Shown: piece by piece, positions 1 through 13,800 of the stretch | Numbering within the stretch: the stretch's first letter is position 1 | Layout: the number at the start of each line of letters is the position of its first letter | Assembly (NCBI GenBank): GCA_038087875.1 | Contig: CM075988.1 | Location: forward strand, 25,978,001 to 26,042,000 | Source of the DNA: Malacoraja senta | Taxonomy: Eukaryota | Reading direction: 5' to 3' | DNA length: 64,000 nt | Made by a program: the position numbers and the translations under genes | The notes under the pieces: model-generated | What the model was told of the DNA's origin: nothing | Databases searched by the model: none | The model's input: the letters and a program-made list of their open reading frames with translations, nothing else

Positions 1-214
1 ACTTTGCATTTTGTTTTTAATGTTTGTACAAATACTCGTAAAGAATGGTCTGTCTTATTAGTACTTATTAGTACTGCTCAATTTAGTTGTTCTGCTCTAC
101 ATTTTATACACTATTTCTCTCCTTTGCTGAAGTCCACAAAGTGCAATTCTGATACGTCACTAGTGGAGGATTAATTGTGCCCACCAAATCATATGTACTG
201 CCTTGCACAAAGTA

Positions 215-752
215 CAGTAAGGCTGACACTGGCACAGCTGGTAGCGCTGTTGCATCAGTGCTGGAGACCCGGTACAATCTTAACCGTAGGTGCTTTCTGT
301 GTGGAGTTTGCACATTCTCCCTTTGACCGCGTGGGTTTCCTCATGATGCTCCGATTTCCTCCAATATCCCAAAGAGGTGTAGATTTGTAGGTTAATTGGC
401 CTCTAATTTGTACCTTTAGTGCTCTCTACCTCTGCCCGTCGGAAACCAGCACCACTGCGTCGCTAATATTTTCATCGATAACAGTGAAAAAATAATAATA
501 AAATTGCCTTTAGCGTGTATGCGAAAGTGGGATAATATAGAACTAAAGATGGACACAAAAAGCTGGAGTAACTCAGCGGGACAGGCAGCATCTCTGGAGA
601 GAAGGAATGGGTGAGGTTTAGGGTCACGACCCTTCTTCAGACTGATTAGGAATAAGGGAAACGAGGGATAACTAGTAATATAGAATTAATATGAACGGGT
701 TGGCGTGGATTCGGTGGGCTGAAAGGCCTGTTTCCGTAATGTATCTCTAAAT
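215..752 (+). mobile_element. tRNA-derived V-domain SINE (HE1/MER6-like) with CR1-type tail, interrupted by a PLE pLTR
   Basis: tRNA-like head, V-domain TGTGTGGAGTTTGCACATTCTCCC, tail GGTGGGCTGAAAGGCCTGTTTCC. Confidence 0.7.
547..675 (-). mobile_element. Penelope pLTR fragment with degenerate hammerhead, inserted in SINE with 14 bp TSD
   Basis: Similar to the 3' end of the PLE at 26486; flanked by TAATATAGAACTAA (533-546) and TAATATAGAATTAA (676-689). Confidence 0.8.
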
Positions 753-1054
753 TTGAAAGTGTCATTTCAAAGGTTTAAAATACACCAGGTGGATAAACAA
801 ACACAAGGCGGTAATTACATAATGAAATTAGGTGGTGGCAGTAAATTCCATTGCAGATGTTTGTAGCAATTTTTTTATTTTTTGTAAAATGGACAGTGAC
901 TCTGGCAATGCTGTTCACATAATACAAAATCCTGCAGTACCATTCTGTAAAACTGCAGCTGTGAAGAAAATGTTCTAAAGGTTATGGAGGCTAATCAGAG
1001 TCGTCTTTGTTAATGGCCATTGCCAACTTGAGTGTTTGGTTTTATCGTCCTTTT

Positions 1055-1990
1055 CATATCAACACCGGTGCCCCACAAGGATGTGTTCTCGTTCCCCTAC
1101 TATATTCCCAACACACTCAAATTTGGCTCTAACTTCATCTGCAAGATTGTAGATGACACTGTGGTGAGCCAGATCACGAACAATGATGAGATGGAGTACT
1201 GGCAGGAGTAGTGAAATTAGTAACATGGTGTCAAGGCAGCAACCTCTCCCTCAATGTCAACAAGACGAAGGAGCTAGTGGTGCCGAAATAGAATTGGCTG
1301 AGAGCTTCAAGTTGGTAAATATTACCAACTGTATGTCATGGATCAACCACCTTGAAGTGACAGCCAAGAAGGCATACCAATACCTTTACTTACTCAGGAG
1401 AATGAGGAAATTAGGCACATCTCCAATAACTCTTACAAACCTCTACAGATGAACCATAGAAAGCATACTGTTGGGTTGCATTACCACTTGGTTTAGCAAC
1501 AGCTCTGCCCAAGACCACAGAAAATTGCAGAGTTGCAGATATAGCCCAGTCCATCACACAGACCACACTTCCCACCATTGACTCCATGCTGCCTCTGGAA
1601 AGTAGCCAACATAATCAGGGACTTGCCCCACCTGTCATTCATGCTCTTCCCTCCTGTTGGGCAGAAGAAACAGAAGCTTGAAAGCATGCATCAACAGACT
1701 CAGGAACAGCTTCTTCACGGTGTTATCAGGCTTGTAAATAGTCCTTCCATAAACTAGGGTACTGTCCAATTCACCTCTACCCCATTGCGGGCATTGGATT
1801 TTGTCTCTGCAACTGCTGCGTAATAATACTGAGAACAATTTTCTGTACTCGGTATCTTTCCCATTGCTCTTCACATCACACTTCAGTTTGGCTTGATTGT
1901 ATTTATGTATAGAATTATCTGATTTCATTGGATAGCATGCAAAGCAAAGCTTTTCACTGTACTTTGGTACACGTGACATTAATAAACCTA
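1055..1990 (+). mobile_element. Rex1/Babar-like LINE 3' fragment, degenerate
   Basis: TGAPQGCVL-like RT remnant, KKAYQYLYLLRRMRKLG motif, AATAAA tail; homologous to 4330-5420 in opposite orientation. Confidence 0.75.
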
Positions 1991-2103
1991 AGCCAGTGGA
2001 AGCAAATGTTATTATTTTACTTGGTTTGAAGACATTCACCTTCAATTTTACTAGTTTTCTCTGGATAGAAATCTGTTGCGGTGTAAACAAAGCATAGGAT
2101 GTC

Positions 2104-2221
2104 TAAGAAGGAACTGCAGATGTTGGAAAATCGTAGGTAGACAAAAATGCTGGAGAAATTCAGCAGGTGAGGCAGCATCTATGGAGCGAAGCATGAAGAA
2201 GGGTCGAAACCCTTCTTCATG
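2104..2221 (-). mobile_element. PLE pLTR derivative ending in a perfect 13 bp hairpin
   Basis: AAGGAACTGCAGATG..CAAAAATGCTGGAGAAA; CATGAAGAAGGGT-CGAA-ACCCTTCTTCATG. Confidence 0.75.
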
Positions 2222-3369
2222 TCTGGCAGTTTCAACTATGCAACGTGAATGTCTGAATCGTTAAGTTGGATTTAAGTTTATTTTTAATTTTTAATGAAAG
2301 CATCAAAACTGTCACTGGAAATTGAGCTACTGCATTTAGTACTTCACACATGGTCATGTCAATTGAATGTGACATCAGCTTCTGAACACCTGAGCTTGGA
2401 CCTTTACTGATGTTTGCAAAAAGTTGAAACTCGGGAGAATTTTCATATCATTTTACTTCAGCAAAAGTGACAAACTATTTAACTGTGATCTTCCACATGT
2501 GTGGATATGACATTTTTGACATATAAAGATATATTTTTAATTGTACTGGTAAAATTAATTTGAACAGTGTGATGTCCTTGATCTGATGGGTGATTTGAAT
2601 TTCACTGTTCTTTAATTGGTAAATGTGACAATAAACTGACCTTGAACCCTTGAAACTGTTGTGAGCTAAGAAAATATAATTCTAAGCCACTCATGCACAT
2701 CTCATTTCTTTACTGAAGGATGTTACAGGACTTTTCAATAGTCGGAATTTGATAGTGTGTTATCAAGCATTTGGATCTTCTACTCGAGGGGGGAGAAGAG
2801 GGAATGACTGGTGAAAATGGTCCTTGAATGGTTATCTGTGTCCTGGTGCTATGGACTGCTTGTACATCTTCCATGCAGTCTTCAATTTTCTACCTTGGAC
2901 AAGGGTAAGAAATGGGCTCCTCTGGATCCTTCTACCTATTCTGCGATTGCAGCCTGTCCCAAATCATTCACGAATTTAGAAAAGTTAATCTAAGAGATGA
3001 CTGCCTTGTGGAATACTGTCTCAAGGTAATTCTCCCCATTGCTATGTTGAAGAGATTGGACTCCAGCTCTTGGGCCTGAGCTGAAGTCCCTTGAGTGGCC
3101 AACACTGTTTGCTACGTAACGTTACAAGTTCTCAGGTATTGCAACTACAAAACATCGCCAGCCAAGCCACTTGTTTTAATTAGTCTTGGACAAAGGAATG
3201 CAAGAATTGTCAAATGCAGTGCATGTGCTTATAGCTAAACTGAGCCATTACTGCAGATGGATGGCCTGGCCTGTTCTGATGCAGACAGTAAGCAAGTTTC
3301 CTGAAGTGATAGAAATTATACAATATGAGATTGAGCCATAAGCACATGTGGCAGTTGGAACAGAAGAAG

Positions 3370-3745
3370 ACTACTCAAGAGCACTCAGCATCCTCAAGAC
3401 TGCCCTGGTATTGATTATGATCATAGGTGCTCTGTCCCAGGCCTATCCTCTTCCAGTTCTCCATAGTATCCAATTCACTAATATTTCAAAAAATGTTTCT
3501 TTTTCTTTTTTTTTAAATACTTCAGTGAACTATCCTCTGCAACCCTCCAGGGCAGAGAACTCCAAATATTTGGCACCCTCTGTGAGAAATTCTTACGCAA
3601 CTCAGTTACAAGATTAGCAGCCATTTCAAACACTGTCCCCTGGTTAGAAATTCTCACACTGGTGGAGAACATCTGCCCTGTCTCATCAACCAAGTGCCTT
3701 GTGTGCTTCAGTAAGACCAGCCCTCATTTTGCTAAACTCCAAAGA
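3370..3745 (-). mobile_element. CR1 LINE 3' fragment, degenerate
   Basis: ORF 3478..3693 ELRKNFSQRVPNIWSSLP, a CR1 ORF2 C-terminal motif. Confidence 0.65.
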
Positions 3746-4329
3746 AATATAAATGTAAGGCTGTAACATGATGAAGGGCTGTTTCTTAAGATTATGTTGG
3801 ACCATATTATAACTATATAGGAGGCCACAAAGAGTTCAGAGTATGAAGACGAATTGAAGTGGCATTCAAAAGGAAGCTTAAATCCCTGCATTCTGAATGC
3901 AGGTTGAATTTCTGTTTTATTGTGTACATTATATATTAAATTGCACTGTATACTATATACTGTACTCTAAATTGGAAGAAGGGCAAGTAAGTTGATGCTC
4001 TGCCCAAAAGGACCATTTGTCTCACTGGATGGCGTGAAGGGAAGAAATAAAAGAGATGTTGCATTTCAGACCAATCATATTAAACATTTAAGTACTACTG
4101 TTCGTAAATCAGTGCAATCGATACAGAGACAAACCCGCCAACAAACTCTACCTGACACTTAGTGTCAGCTGCAAACTTACTAATCGTGCCTTATACATTC
4201 TCATCCAAATTGTTGCTATAAACCACAAACAGAAATGGGCCTGGCACCAATTCCTGAGGCATTCATGAGTCACAGGCCACGTTGCATCACCACCCTCTGC
4301 TTCCTTCCATTAAGCCAATTTTGTAACAG

Positions 4330-5420
4330 GTCAAGTCAAGAGAGTTTATTGTCATGTGTCCCAGATAGGATAATGAAATTCTTGCTTGCTGCAGCACAAC
4401 AGAATATTGTAGGCATAAATACAGATCAGATCATTGTGCCCATATACCATAGAATATATATACACACATAAATAAACAGATAAAGTGCAATAGGCTGTTA
4501 TAGTTCAGTTTGAAGTTGTGTCTAATAGTCTGATGGCTGTGGGGAAGATGCTGTTCCTGAACCTGGATGTTGCAGATTTCAGGCTCCTGAACTTTCTACC
4601 TGATGGCAGCAGAGAGATGAGTGTGTGGCCAGGATGGTGTGGGTCCTTGATGATGTTGGCAGCCTTTTTGAGGCAGCGACTGCGATAGATCCCCTCGATG
4701 GTAGGGAGGTCAGAGCCGATGATGGACTGGGCAGTGTTTATAACTTTTTGCAGCCTTTTCCGCTCCTGGATGCTCAAGTTGCCGAACCAAGCCGTGATGC
4801 AACCGGTCAGCATGCTCTCTACTGTGCACCTGTAGAAGTTCGAGAGAGTCCTTGACATACCAACTCTCCGTAATCTTCTCGGGAAGTAGAGGCGCTGATA
4901 TGCTTTCTTTATACATGCATCAATGTTCTGGGACCAGGAGAGATCTTCAGAAATATGCATGCCCAGGAATTTGACGTTCTTGACCCTTTCCACCATCGAC
5001 CCGTTGATATAAACAGAACTGTGGGTCCCCATCCTAGTCCTTCCAAAATCCACAATCAGTTCCTTGGTTTTGCTGGTGTTAGAGCCAGGTTATTGTGCTG
5101 GCACCATTTGGTCAATCGGTCGATCTCACTTCTATCCTCTGACTTGTCCCCATCAGTGATACAACAGTGGTGTCGTCGGCGAACTTGATGATGGAGTTCG
5201 CACTATGTCCGGCTACGCAGTCATGAGTATAGAGTGAGTACAGCAGGGGGCTGAGCACGCAGTCTTGAGGTGCTCCTGTGCTGATTGTTGTCGAGGATGA
5301 CACATTTCCACCAATACGGACAGACTGTGGTCTGTGAATGAGGAAGTCGAGGATCCAATTACAGAGGGATGCGCAGAGACCCAGATCTGAGAGCTTGGTA
5401 ACCAGCTTGGAGGGGATGAT
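4330..5420 (-). mobile_element. Rex1/Babar-like LINE 3' part, nested in an older CR1 remnant (about 4170-5640)
   Basis: ORFs 5112..5447 ([27 protein letters not shown]) and 4505..5053 (KDPHHPGHTLISLLPSGR); (TTGAC)n tail. Confidence 0.85.
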
Positions 5421-5864
5421 GGTTAGCTGTCCCTGGATCCCATGCAATCATGCCGTCCAGAGCAGCCTATCACGTGGAGCCTAATCAAAGGCCTTGCTGA
5501 AGTCCATATAGAAAACGTCTACGGCCTTTCCCATCAACTTTCACCATTACTTCAAAAAACACAAGCCAAACGCCGTCTCCTACATACAAAATCATGCTGA
5601 GTATCCCTGTCAACATCTGTTTATCCAAATATATATATACCTTGTTCGTAATATTGATATAATTTTGTTTACAATGCATGTAATAATACCCAAAAATTGA
5701 ATTAAAGCAGAATTTATTTAAAAAGTGGTTCTATTTCAAGTAGGCAAAAAAGTACATTAGGAACATTGAATTCTGCCTGGGTAACTGAGCCTGTTTTTCA
5801 TGTTTCGGATGTGGGTTGGGAGGGGCTGGACAAGTGAGGACAAAATATAAATTAGTTTTGAGAT

Positions 5865-6175
5865 TAGGTCGGTGGGGAAGGAGCAGGTAGCAACAATGCA
5901 TCTGCCAGGGGAGTTCTGTCTGGATTTTGGGAAGGTGGTAGAAACTGTCAGTACTGGATAGGGGAACTATAAGATTGGAGGCTGTAGAAGGGAGATTGCC
6001 AGAGGTGATGAGATCGGTAATGGTCTTGGAGATGGTGGCCTGCTGTCTGTCTGTAGCGTCATGGTCAAGGAGCCTGGCCTCAGCACGGTACAGATCAGTC
6101 TGCCAGACTACAGCAAATCTCTCGTCGGTGGGTTGCAACAATATTGGGCCTGTTAGTGAGTGGATCATTGTTTTT
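5865..6175 (-). mobile_element. Penelope-like RT N-terminal fragment, degenerate
   Basis: ORF 5731..6168: TITDLITSGNLPSTASNLIVP..FYHLPKI, followed by a frameshifted PGRPIV-like segment. Confidence 0.7.
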
Positions 6176-7369
6176 CCTCATTTAGGATGAGTCTGCCAGG
6201 GATAATCCAAGTCCAATTATTTTATTCATTCGATAGCTCGATAAGGAACTGAAAGAAAGGAATTGCAGGGTTATGGGAGAGTGGCATGCTTGATTGCTCT
6301 TCTGCTGGCTTCCTTCCATGCTGTAACCATTCTGAATTTTCCCCTCTCCTCAGCAACCTAACAATCATTTTTTGTAACTTTTTGTCAGTTATTTGTCTGC
6401 TTGATCAGTATTAAGCTTACTCAGCCGTTGATAGGTCCCAAGTTATTCAAGATAATGTGACACCAGGCAATTTATTTACACATTAAGTTTTGTGAATTTC
6501 TTAAGCTGTTGTTGTATTAAGTCCATTGCTGTTATTTATGGCCATTTAGTTGCATAAATATATAACTGGCCATGCTCTCAGAATATGTGGTTTTACATGG
6601 CATAACTTGGAATCGTGACATAATGGGGAATAGGTTATAAACAAATGCAACATTGAGATTTTAAACGGGAATACAATCGGGTGAAATCTGAAATAAACTT
6701 TGGCAAATGAAAATTTGTAACACCTGGACCATATTGAAACCATGTAATTCAGTAAAATATGCTTGGTAATCTACCCAAACTTGCAGTTCACATGTTTAGC
6801 TGCCCTTTTCAAAGTTTTTTCTCTAAAATGCTTGTGGATTTAGTATGTCATAGAAAATTAAAAAAAACTTATGTCTACAGAATAGATTTGACTTGGAACA
6901 GGAAAATATGACCATTTCTCTTTGTATCACAGTGGCTTGTACTTGCAAAATAATAGGATTTTCCCACTGGCAAGGTGTCGTTTTAAAAAAGAAAATCTCT
7001 TGCACTCTGCACAAACTGTTGACTGCACCTATTAAGCTAGAATAGCAGCAATCATAAGGTTATTTTCAATTTTATAGTTGAAGGCCATGTATGTTTTCTT
7101 CAAGGTGGTGCTACTGAATAGTATCCAAGAACAGCAATTTTCTAAACTGAATTTGGAAAGGAAGATGACTCTTGCAAACCTTTGGCCATTTCAAATCTCG
7201 TCACAAATGATTAATATCTGATTTGAAGTATACAGTCATACCTGGATTGTTCAGCATGACAAAACTACACAGGCTGGGAATATATCAATGAGCAAAATGC
7301 ATAATGCTAGTGATTGGGAAGCTACTATAAGGGTGAGGAACCTGTCTAACCAATGAAAAGGTGGATATA

Positions 7370-7686
7370 TAAACATTATAAAAGGCATAAGAGTAGACGG
7401 TCAGATTCTTTTTTCCATGATGGAAAAATCAAATACTAGAGGGCATAGAATTAAGGTGAGAGGAGCAAAGTTTAAAGGAGTTGAGTGTTATTTTAGAGGG
7501 TGGTGAGTGCCTGGAACGTGCTGCCGGGTGTGGTGGTTGAAGCAGATCTGTTAGTGGCATTTAAATGACTTTTGGATAGGGATATGGGTTATGTGCAGGT
7601 AGATGGGTGTTGGTCTTGGCATCATGTTCAGCACAGACATTGTGGGCCGAAGAGCCTGTTCTTTTCCTGTACTATTCTATGTTCTA
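7370..7686 (+). mobile_element. CR1 3' fragment
   Basis: ACTAGAGGGCATAGAATTAAGGTGAGAGG..GGGCCGAAGAGCCTGTT..TCTATGTTCT tail. Confidence 0.7.
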
Positions 7687-7803
7687 CGCTTGGACTCTGC
7701 CAGACAATCCAACAGTTAAACATAGTTGTTACCATTAACATTGATCCGTGAAATCAGCATTTATAAAATGTGGATATTCTGATTTTTTTTAATTTTCTTT
7801 CAG

Positions 7804-7882
7804 GATGAACAGTTTTTGGGTTTCTGCTCAGATGATAACAGTGTACGGAGCCCTGCAAGGTGTAATTTCAGAGCCCTGCGAG
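7804..7882 (+). CDS. KMT2A: KMT2A exon 2 (DEQFLGFCSDDNSVRSPARCNFRALR), contains LEDGF/IBD-binding FxGF motif
   Basis: tttcag|GATGAACAG...CGAG|gtaatt; 79 nt; resembles human DEQFLGFGSDEEVRVRSPTR. Confidence 0.92.
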
Positions 7883-10800
7883 GTAATTGTCATCTTTTCT
7901 ATATATTATATTAACATAATGCATCAACCTTCAAAGTATAAACAGTAAAGTTTGTTTTGAACTTGGGATTTAATTTCTAACGCTCAATCACTTCCTAATG
8001 TTCCTTTCATCTCTGCTTGATGCAGATCCTGATTACTGCTGAGTAAAATCTCATAAGTATCAGCAGCTCAAACTGATGCTTACGAAATTTAACTCGGTAG
8101 TAATCAGGATCTGCATCAAGCAGAGACCAAAGGAACATTAGGAAGTGATTTAAACTGGATAGCTTTACAAAAATTAGACTGCATTTGGTTTCTGCATGTC
8201 TGTTTTCTAATGTTGCGGCCACATAAGTACTTGAAATTTCAAGCACAGTTTTGATATTGCACCTTCAGGAATTCAGGTTAAATACAACTATCATAGCCTG
8301 CAAATTTATGGCAACAGTTATCACACACAAATAGTCTTTCCACCTTTTGATTTCACAATTTCCTAACTCTGCCTTCTAAAAGTAAAACAGGAATTGTTTG
8401 TGCGATTTGTGCAGTCGCTTAAACGCCACTATTCAGGATTATCAACGTTGGAAGTAGTTGTGTGCTTGAGGACATTTTATAAAGGCCAGCTCAAACATGT
8501 TGCTGACATTTGGTAAGGGATATAGCATAATTTTCAGGTTGCCATTGGAATCATTCAAAGTGGTTGCTGCACTCGTGTTATAGGGGATAAATGTAATTAC
8601 TCTAAGCACTTGACTCCTGTTAAACTTAAACACAGTGGTTATAAATCTTTGGAATTTGACACTTGCAGTTTTGTGAGGTTGCATCTTGGATATACTTTTT
8701 TAATTTTGTCTGGAACTAAATAAAATGGAATTGCTGTTGGTTTATTAGTGTCATGTGCGCCAAGATAGGGGGCAAAGTCTTATTTCCTATCCAGGTTAAT
8801 CATAGCATATACGAGTCCATCAGGTTGTGCAAAAGTGAAAAGAGTGCAGAATATCATGTTCCAACAACATAGAAAATGCAGATATATTTTTGAAAAGTGC
8901 AAGGGCCATTGGACGATCAGGGCTTCATTCATATCGTATGAGAAGTCCTCTCAAGAATTTGATACCAGCGGGGAAGAAGCAGTTCTGGATTCTGATGGTC
9001 TGTGCTTTCCAGGAAGGAAGAGAGAAATGACCAGGGTGTGAATGGTCCTTCATAATATTGGCTACTTTGTCGAGGCAGTGTGAAATACAGGTGAAGTTGA
9101 TGGTGGGGAGTCTGGTTTGTGTGATGGACTGTGCTGCAACTCTACAATTTATTGGGGTCTTTGCAGAGCAGTTGCCATACCACGTTGTGATGCGTCTAGA
9201 CTATAAATCACCTGTAGAAATTGGTAAGAATTGGCTACATGCCGAATTTCCCTTGCCCTCTGAGGAAGGAGAAGCGTTGATGTGCTTTCTTACTACTTGA
9301 TACTTTCAAGAGAGAGCTAGATAGGGCTCTTAAAGATAGCGGTCAGGGGATAATGGGAGAAGGCAGGAATGCGGTACTGATTGGGGATGATCAGCCATAA
9401 TCACATTGAATGGTGGTGCTGGCTCGAAGGGCCAAATGGCCTACTCCTGCATCTATTGTCTATTGTCTATTAGCCGCAGCTAATAGACAGTGTGGTTGGA
9501 ACAGGATTAATTTGTTAGTGATATTTACGCCCAGGAACTGAAGCTTTGGACCATCTCCTCTTCAGCGCCATTGATTCAGACTGGGATCTGTACTCCACCC
9601 TGCTTCCGGAAGTCGACGACTAGCTTCTTTGTTTTGTTAACATTGAGGGGGAGGTTGTTATCTTGACAAGTTCTCTATCTGCTTCCTGTATTTTGTCTTG
9701 TTATTGTATGAGAAGCAGCCTACTATGGTAGTGTGATCTGTCAACTATCTATCGTTGCTTGGGAAAATAGACTTTGAGCAGCCAGTGGTTAGTATTAAGA
9801 GTAGGATTACATTGGTAGCTTCCACTGATCGAGTAGGTTTTAATATTGTAACAAGACATGATTCTGACTACACCTGACTGAATTTAACGTAGTTTTTTGA
9901 ATGACAACTTTGTCATTATCATTGTGATGGTTATCCCATCAAATCCATAATCTGCCCTTGCTTTAGCTCTAACTCCATCTCCTTAATCTCTATAGGATCT
10001 GACCTATTTGCAGCAAAAGTAACATTTGCAGTAAAAGTAAATAGTTTTTTATGATCTATTTTCCTGACCTTTGCCGCAATGATTTAATTTGTTGACACAG
10101 TGATGTGTCTTCATGTATATTTGTATCCTGGATTACCTTTTCGTCACTCCTAGTTATCGTGCCAGTTCTTCAAATAGCTAGACTGCGATAAATGAGTAGC
10201 ATCTATCAATGGTATAGCAGAGGGATAGAACCGGATGGTTAAACTCTTCGTCTTTGTCATTGGTTCTCTTCCTAAATGTCTGTAGTCTCACTGTGTCAAC
10301 ATAGCACAGTACAGCAGCGGAAAGGGCCTTTCGGCCCACAATATTTGTGCCAAATATGATGCCAAGTTAAACTGATCCTATCTGCCTGTACATGATCTAT
10401 ATCCCATCATTCCCTGCGCTTCCATGTGTCTAAAACCCTTTTAAACGCCACTATCGTATCTGTCTCCACCACCACGCCTGGCGATGCCTCCCACCACTAT
10501 CTGTTAAAATAACTTGTCCAGCACATCGCCATTAAACTTTCCTACTCTCGCCTTATAGCTATACCTGCTTTTGTTAGAGATTTCCACCCTTGGATAAAGG
10601 TTCTGACTGCCTACCCTATTTCTGCCTCTCATAACTTTATATATTTATTTCATCTCCCCTCAACCATCATTCTGCAGAAAACAATCCCAAGTCTATCCAA
10701 CCTCTCCTTGTAGCTGAAACCCTCTAATCCAAGCAGCTTTGTGGTAAATCTCTGCACCCTCTCCAAAGCCACTGCATCTTTCCTGTAATAGGGCTACAAG

Positions 10801-13800
10801 AACTGCATGCAATGTGGCCTAATCAAAGTCTTATCGAGCTGCATCATGACTTTCTGACTTTTATAATCAATACAATGAAGGCAAGCATACCATACACCTT
10901 CTTTACATCCTGCCTATTTGTGCTTCCATCTTCAGTGAGTTATGATGGCTCTAAGATTCCTCTGTACATCAATGCTGTAAAGGGTCTTGCCATTAACTGT
11001 GTACTTTTCCCTTGCATTCAACCTCCCAAAGTGCAGCACCTCACACTTGCTTGGGTTAAACTCCATCTGACATTTCTCTGCCCATGTCTGCAGCTGATCT
11101 GTATCCCAATCTAACTTCTGATAGCCTTTCTCATTGTCTATTTCCTCCAATTTTGCTGTCGCAAGCAAATTTACTCACCAACCCATCTACGTTTATATCC
11201 AAGTCATTTATATATAAACCAGAATCAATTTTTGACTGAACATTTGGTCATTTCCATGAAATTTCTTGCCATGGTTCACCATTTTATTTTTGTCTTCATT
11301 CTTGTATCATTAAAAGTAATTGGATAATTTTCTGCTGTTAATTCATCAATAGATTATAGGCAGTTGAACAAATAGCATAAACCAATGGTCCGGGTGTTAC
11401 AGAATTTCATTTAATTTATGTGTGTACGGGTAGAAGTAGCTTTTGATCAGTGTTTTTAATTCCATTTGTGCTTGTATGGTTTACCTGGCAGCTGTATTGT
11501 TTATAATTCAACAGCAACAAGTATGGACAAAGTTCCCTTGATATCATTACCTCAGAGTTGGGTAACTTGTGCAACATACAACAAAAGGCTGTTACCGGGG
11601 ATAAACATAAATTCATAGGTATTGCCATTTGATCTTTCTACGTGGCACACAGGGTTCTGATGTACACACAGAATGGATCATGAAGACAAGATCAGTGATA
11701 TCTGTGATCTTTTAAACTGGGAAAATTTTATTTCATCCAATTGGGTTGATTTTCATCCTATCCTTGTGCTACAGGAATGGATTATTTCAGTGCACTATTT
11801 TGGCTTCCTAGTTAATTCATGTACAAGCAGCATTAAATTGTATTCAATCCCCTGCAGGAGCCTGAAGACTGCAACGACCAGGTTCAGGAATAGCTACTTC
11901 CCCACAGCCATCAGGCTATTAAACCTGGCTCGGACAAAACACTGAACTTTATTAGCCAATTAACTGTTATTTGCACTTTATCAGTAAATTGATTCATGTG
12001 TGTATATTTATGTATAGAATGCCTTGTAGTCAATGCCTACTATGTTCTGTTGTGCTGAAGCAAAGCAAGAATTTCATTGTCCTATCAGGGACACATGACA
12101 ATAAACTCACTTGACTTGACTTGACTTGCACCATACGTACTTCAACCATCTTTATTTCATTGATGAAAACTTGACATGCAATCTATCATGTGTATTTTAA
12201 TAACCAGCTAGTCTTTCTGATAATATTATTTTTTTCTAAAATCCCAAGCCTTACTTTGGATGATGTTGCAAAATTAGTCCCATCAAGAAAAAAACTAAGG
12301 ATGTTTCCAAAATCTGTCCATGCATTTAATGTTATGGTGAGACAACTATTGTGAATTTGCAAACATCTGATGTAAGTTAATACATATAAAATTCTGAAAA
12401 TCATTCATTAGAAAGCATTTTCCTCCTTAAATTATCATTCTGATTATTGATATGAACCAGAAAGGTACAACACTAATTTCAAGGCAACTCTGTCGATGAT
12501 TGGTCTCCACTGACATAAATGTCTGAGAATGGAACAGATTTCCAAGAGAATCTATATTGTATGTAATTCCACAGGATCCTGTTTTACAAAATCATAGAAT
12601 AATGTGATCCAGAATAAGGCCATTTGGCAATGGTCCCTGGTATTAGAATATGTAAGTAAGGCAGTACCTTGCAACCATAAAAAGATTGCTGAGTAAAGAG
12701 GTTAATACACAAAGAGACTGCCAAAAATGCTGAAACAGCTGAAGAGAGTGATTTGTGAGGAAATTCCCACTCTAACAAACTACTGATAAGGAACATTTCA
12801 AAAGATGGCTGTGCAAAGCACATCTGGGCAGAATCAATGAGAATCAAACTATTGATGGAATTGTGGGTATTAATCAAAAGGGTCTAAAAGCCATGCCTTT
12901 TCACATTTTTAAACAAAATTACCGATTGTTGAGTTAACCAAGCAGCCATCTGAGGCTTTTGAGACAAAACCTGAACCCTTGACTTCAGAGTAAAACTGTG
13001 AGACAGGACTGTTGGAGGAGAAAGGTGATTGTAGACTCTTCTCAGGGTGCATTTAGGCATCTTCTGCATAAGCTCTTCTGTCTGACTTTAAAACTGGGTA
13101 ATGTAGCCTGATGCCTGAGTGTGTTGGGAACTATGACTTGAATTTTAACCTTGTGTCCCCTAACTATATTGGTGTCAGTTTGTACAGGTAATTTTAAAAG
13201 GGGCCATCAAAATGTAATATGGTTAGATGTATATGCTGTGGTGTGGACCAAGGGACCATGAATGTTCATAATCATCATCCACTTTGTTCATGACTGCCCC
13301 CGTCCTTCTGACCCTGGCTACCAACATCCTGCTGCGAACTGCAGATCGATCTCTCCCTGCAATTAACATCATTAAAATGTTCCAGTATTGCAACTTCAAT
13401 TATCAATTGTCATCTTCTACACCGACATTCAACAGCTCTGATGTTGGCTCTTGTTGCCTTTATTATTTTATCTAAATGTGATAGGTTCTTGCCTTAATTT
13501 ACGTGATAAGTAAAATATTTCTGTTCAAATCATATTACTTACTCACCTGGGGAGTGGCGGGAGAATGGGGTTAGGAGGGAGAGAGATAGTTCAGCCATGA
13601 TTGAATGGCGGACAGACTTGATGGGCCGAATGGCCTAATTCTGCTCCTATCATTTATGACCTTGGCTGCTTGCTTCTGATTTTGGGGACATTTACAACTT
13701 GTGTTTACGTTGTATTTACAGCACTGGTGTGTGTAATTAGTGCTGCACTGGTTGTGGACAAAATTATTTACATTGATTAGATTACAATGGTTTTTTACTA

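Noticed and set aside
1-7803. KMT2A exon 1, promoter or CpG island
   Set aside because: No CpG island or menin-binding N-terminal coding sequence; exon 1 lies upstream of the window.
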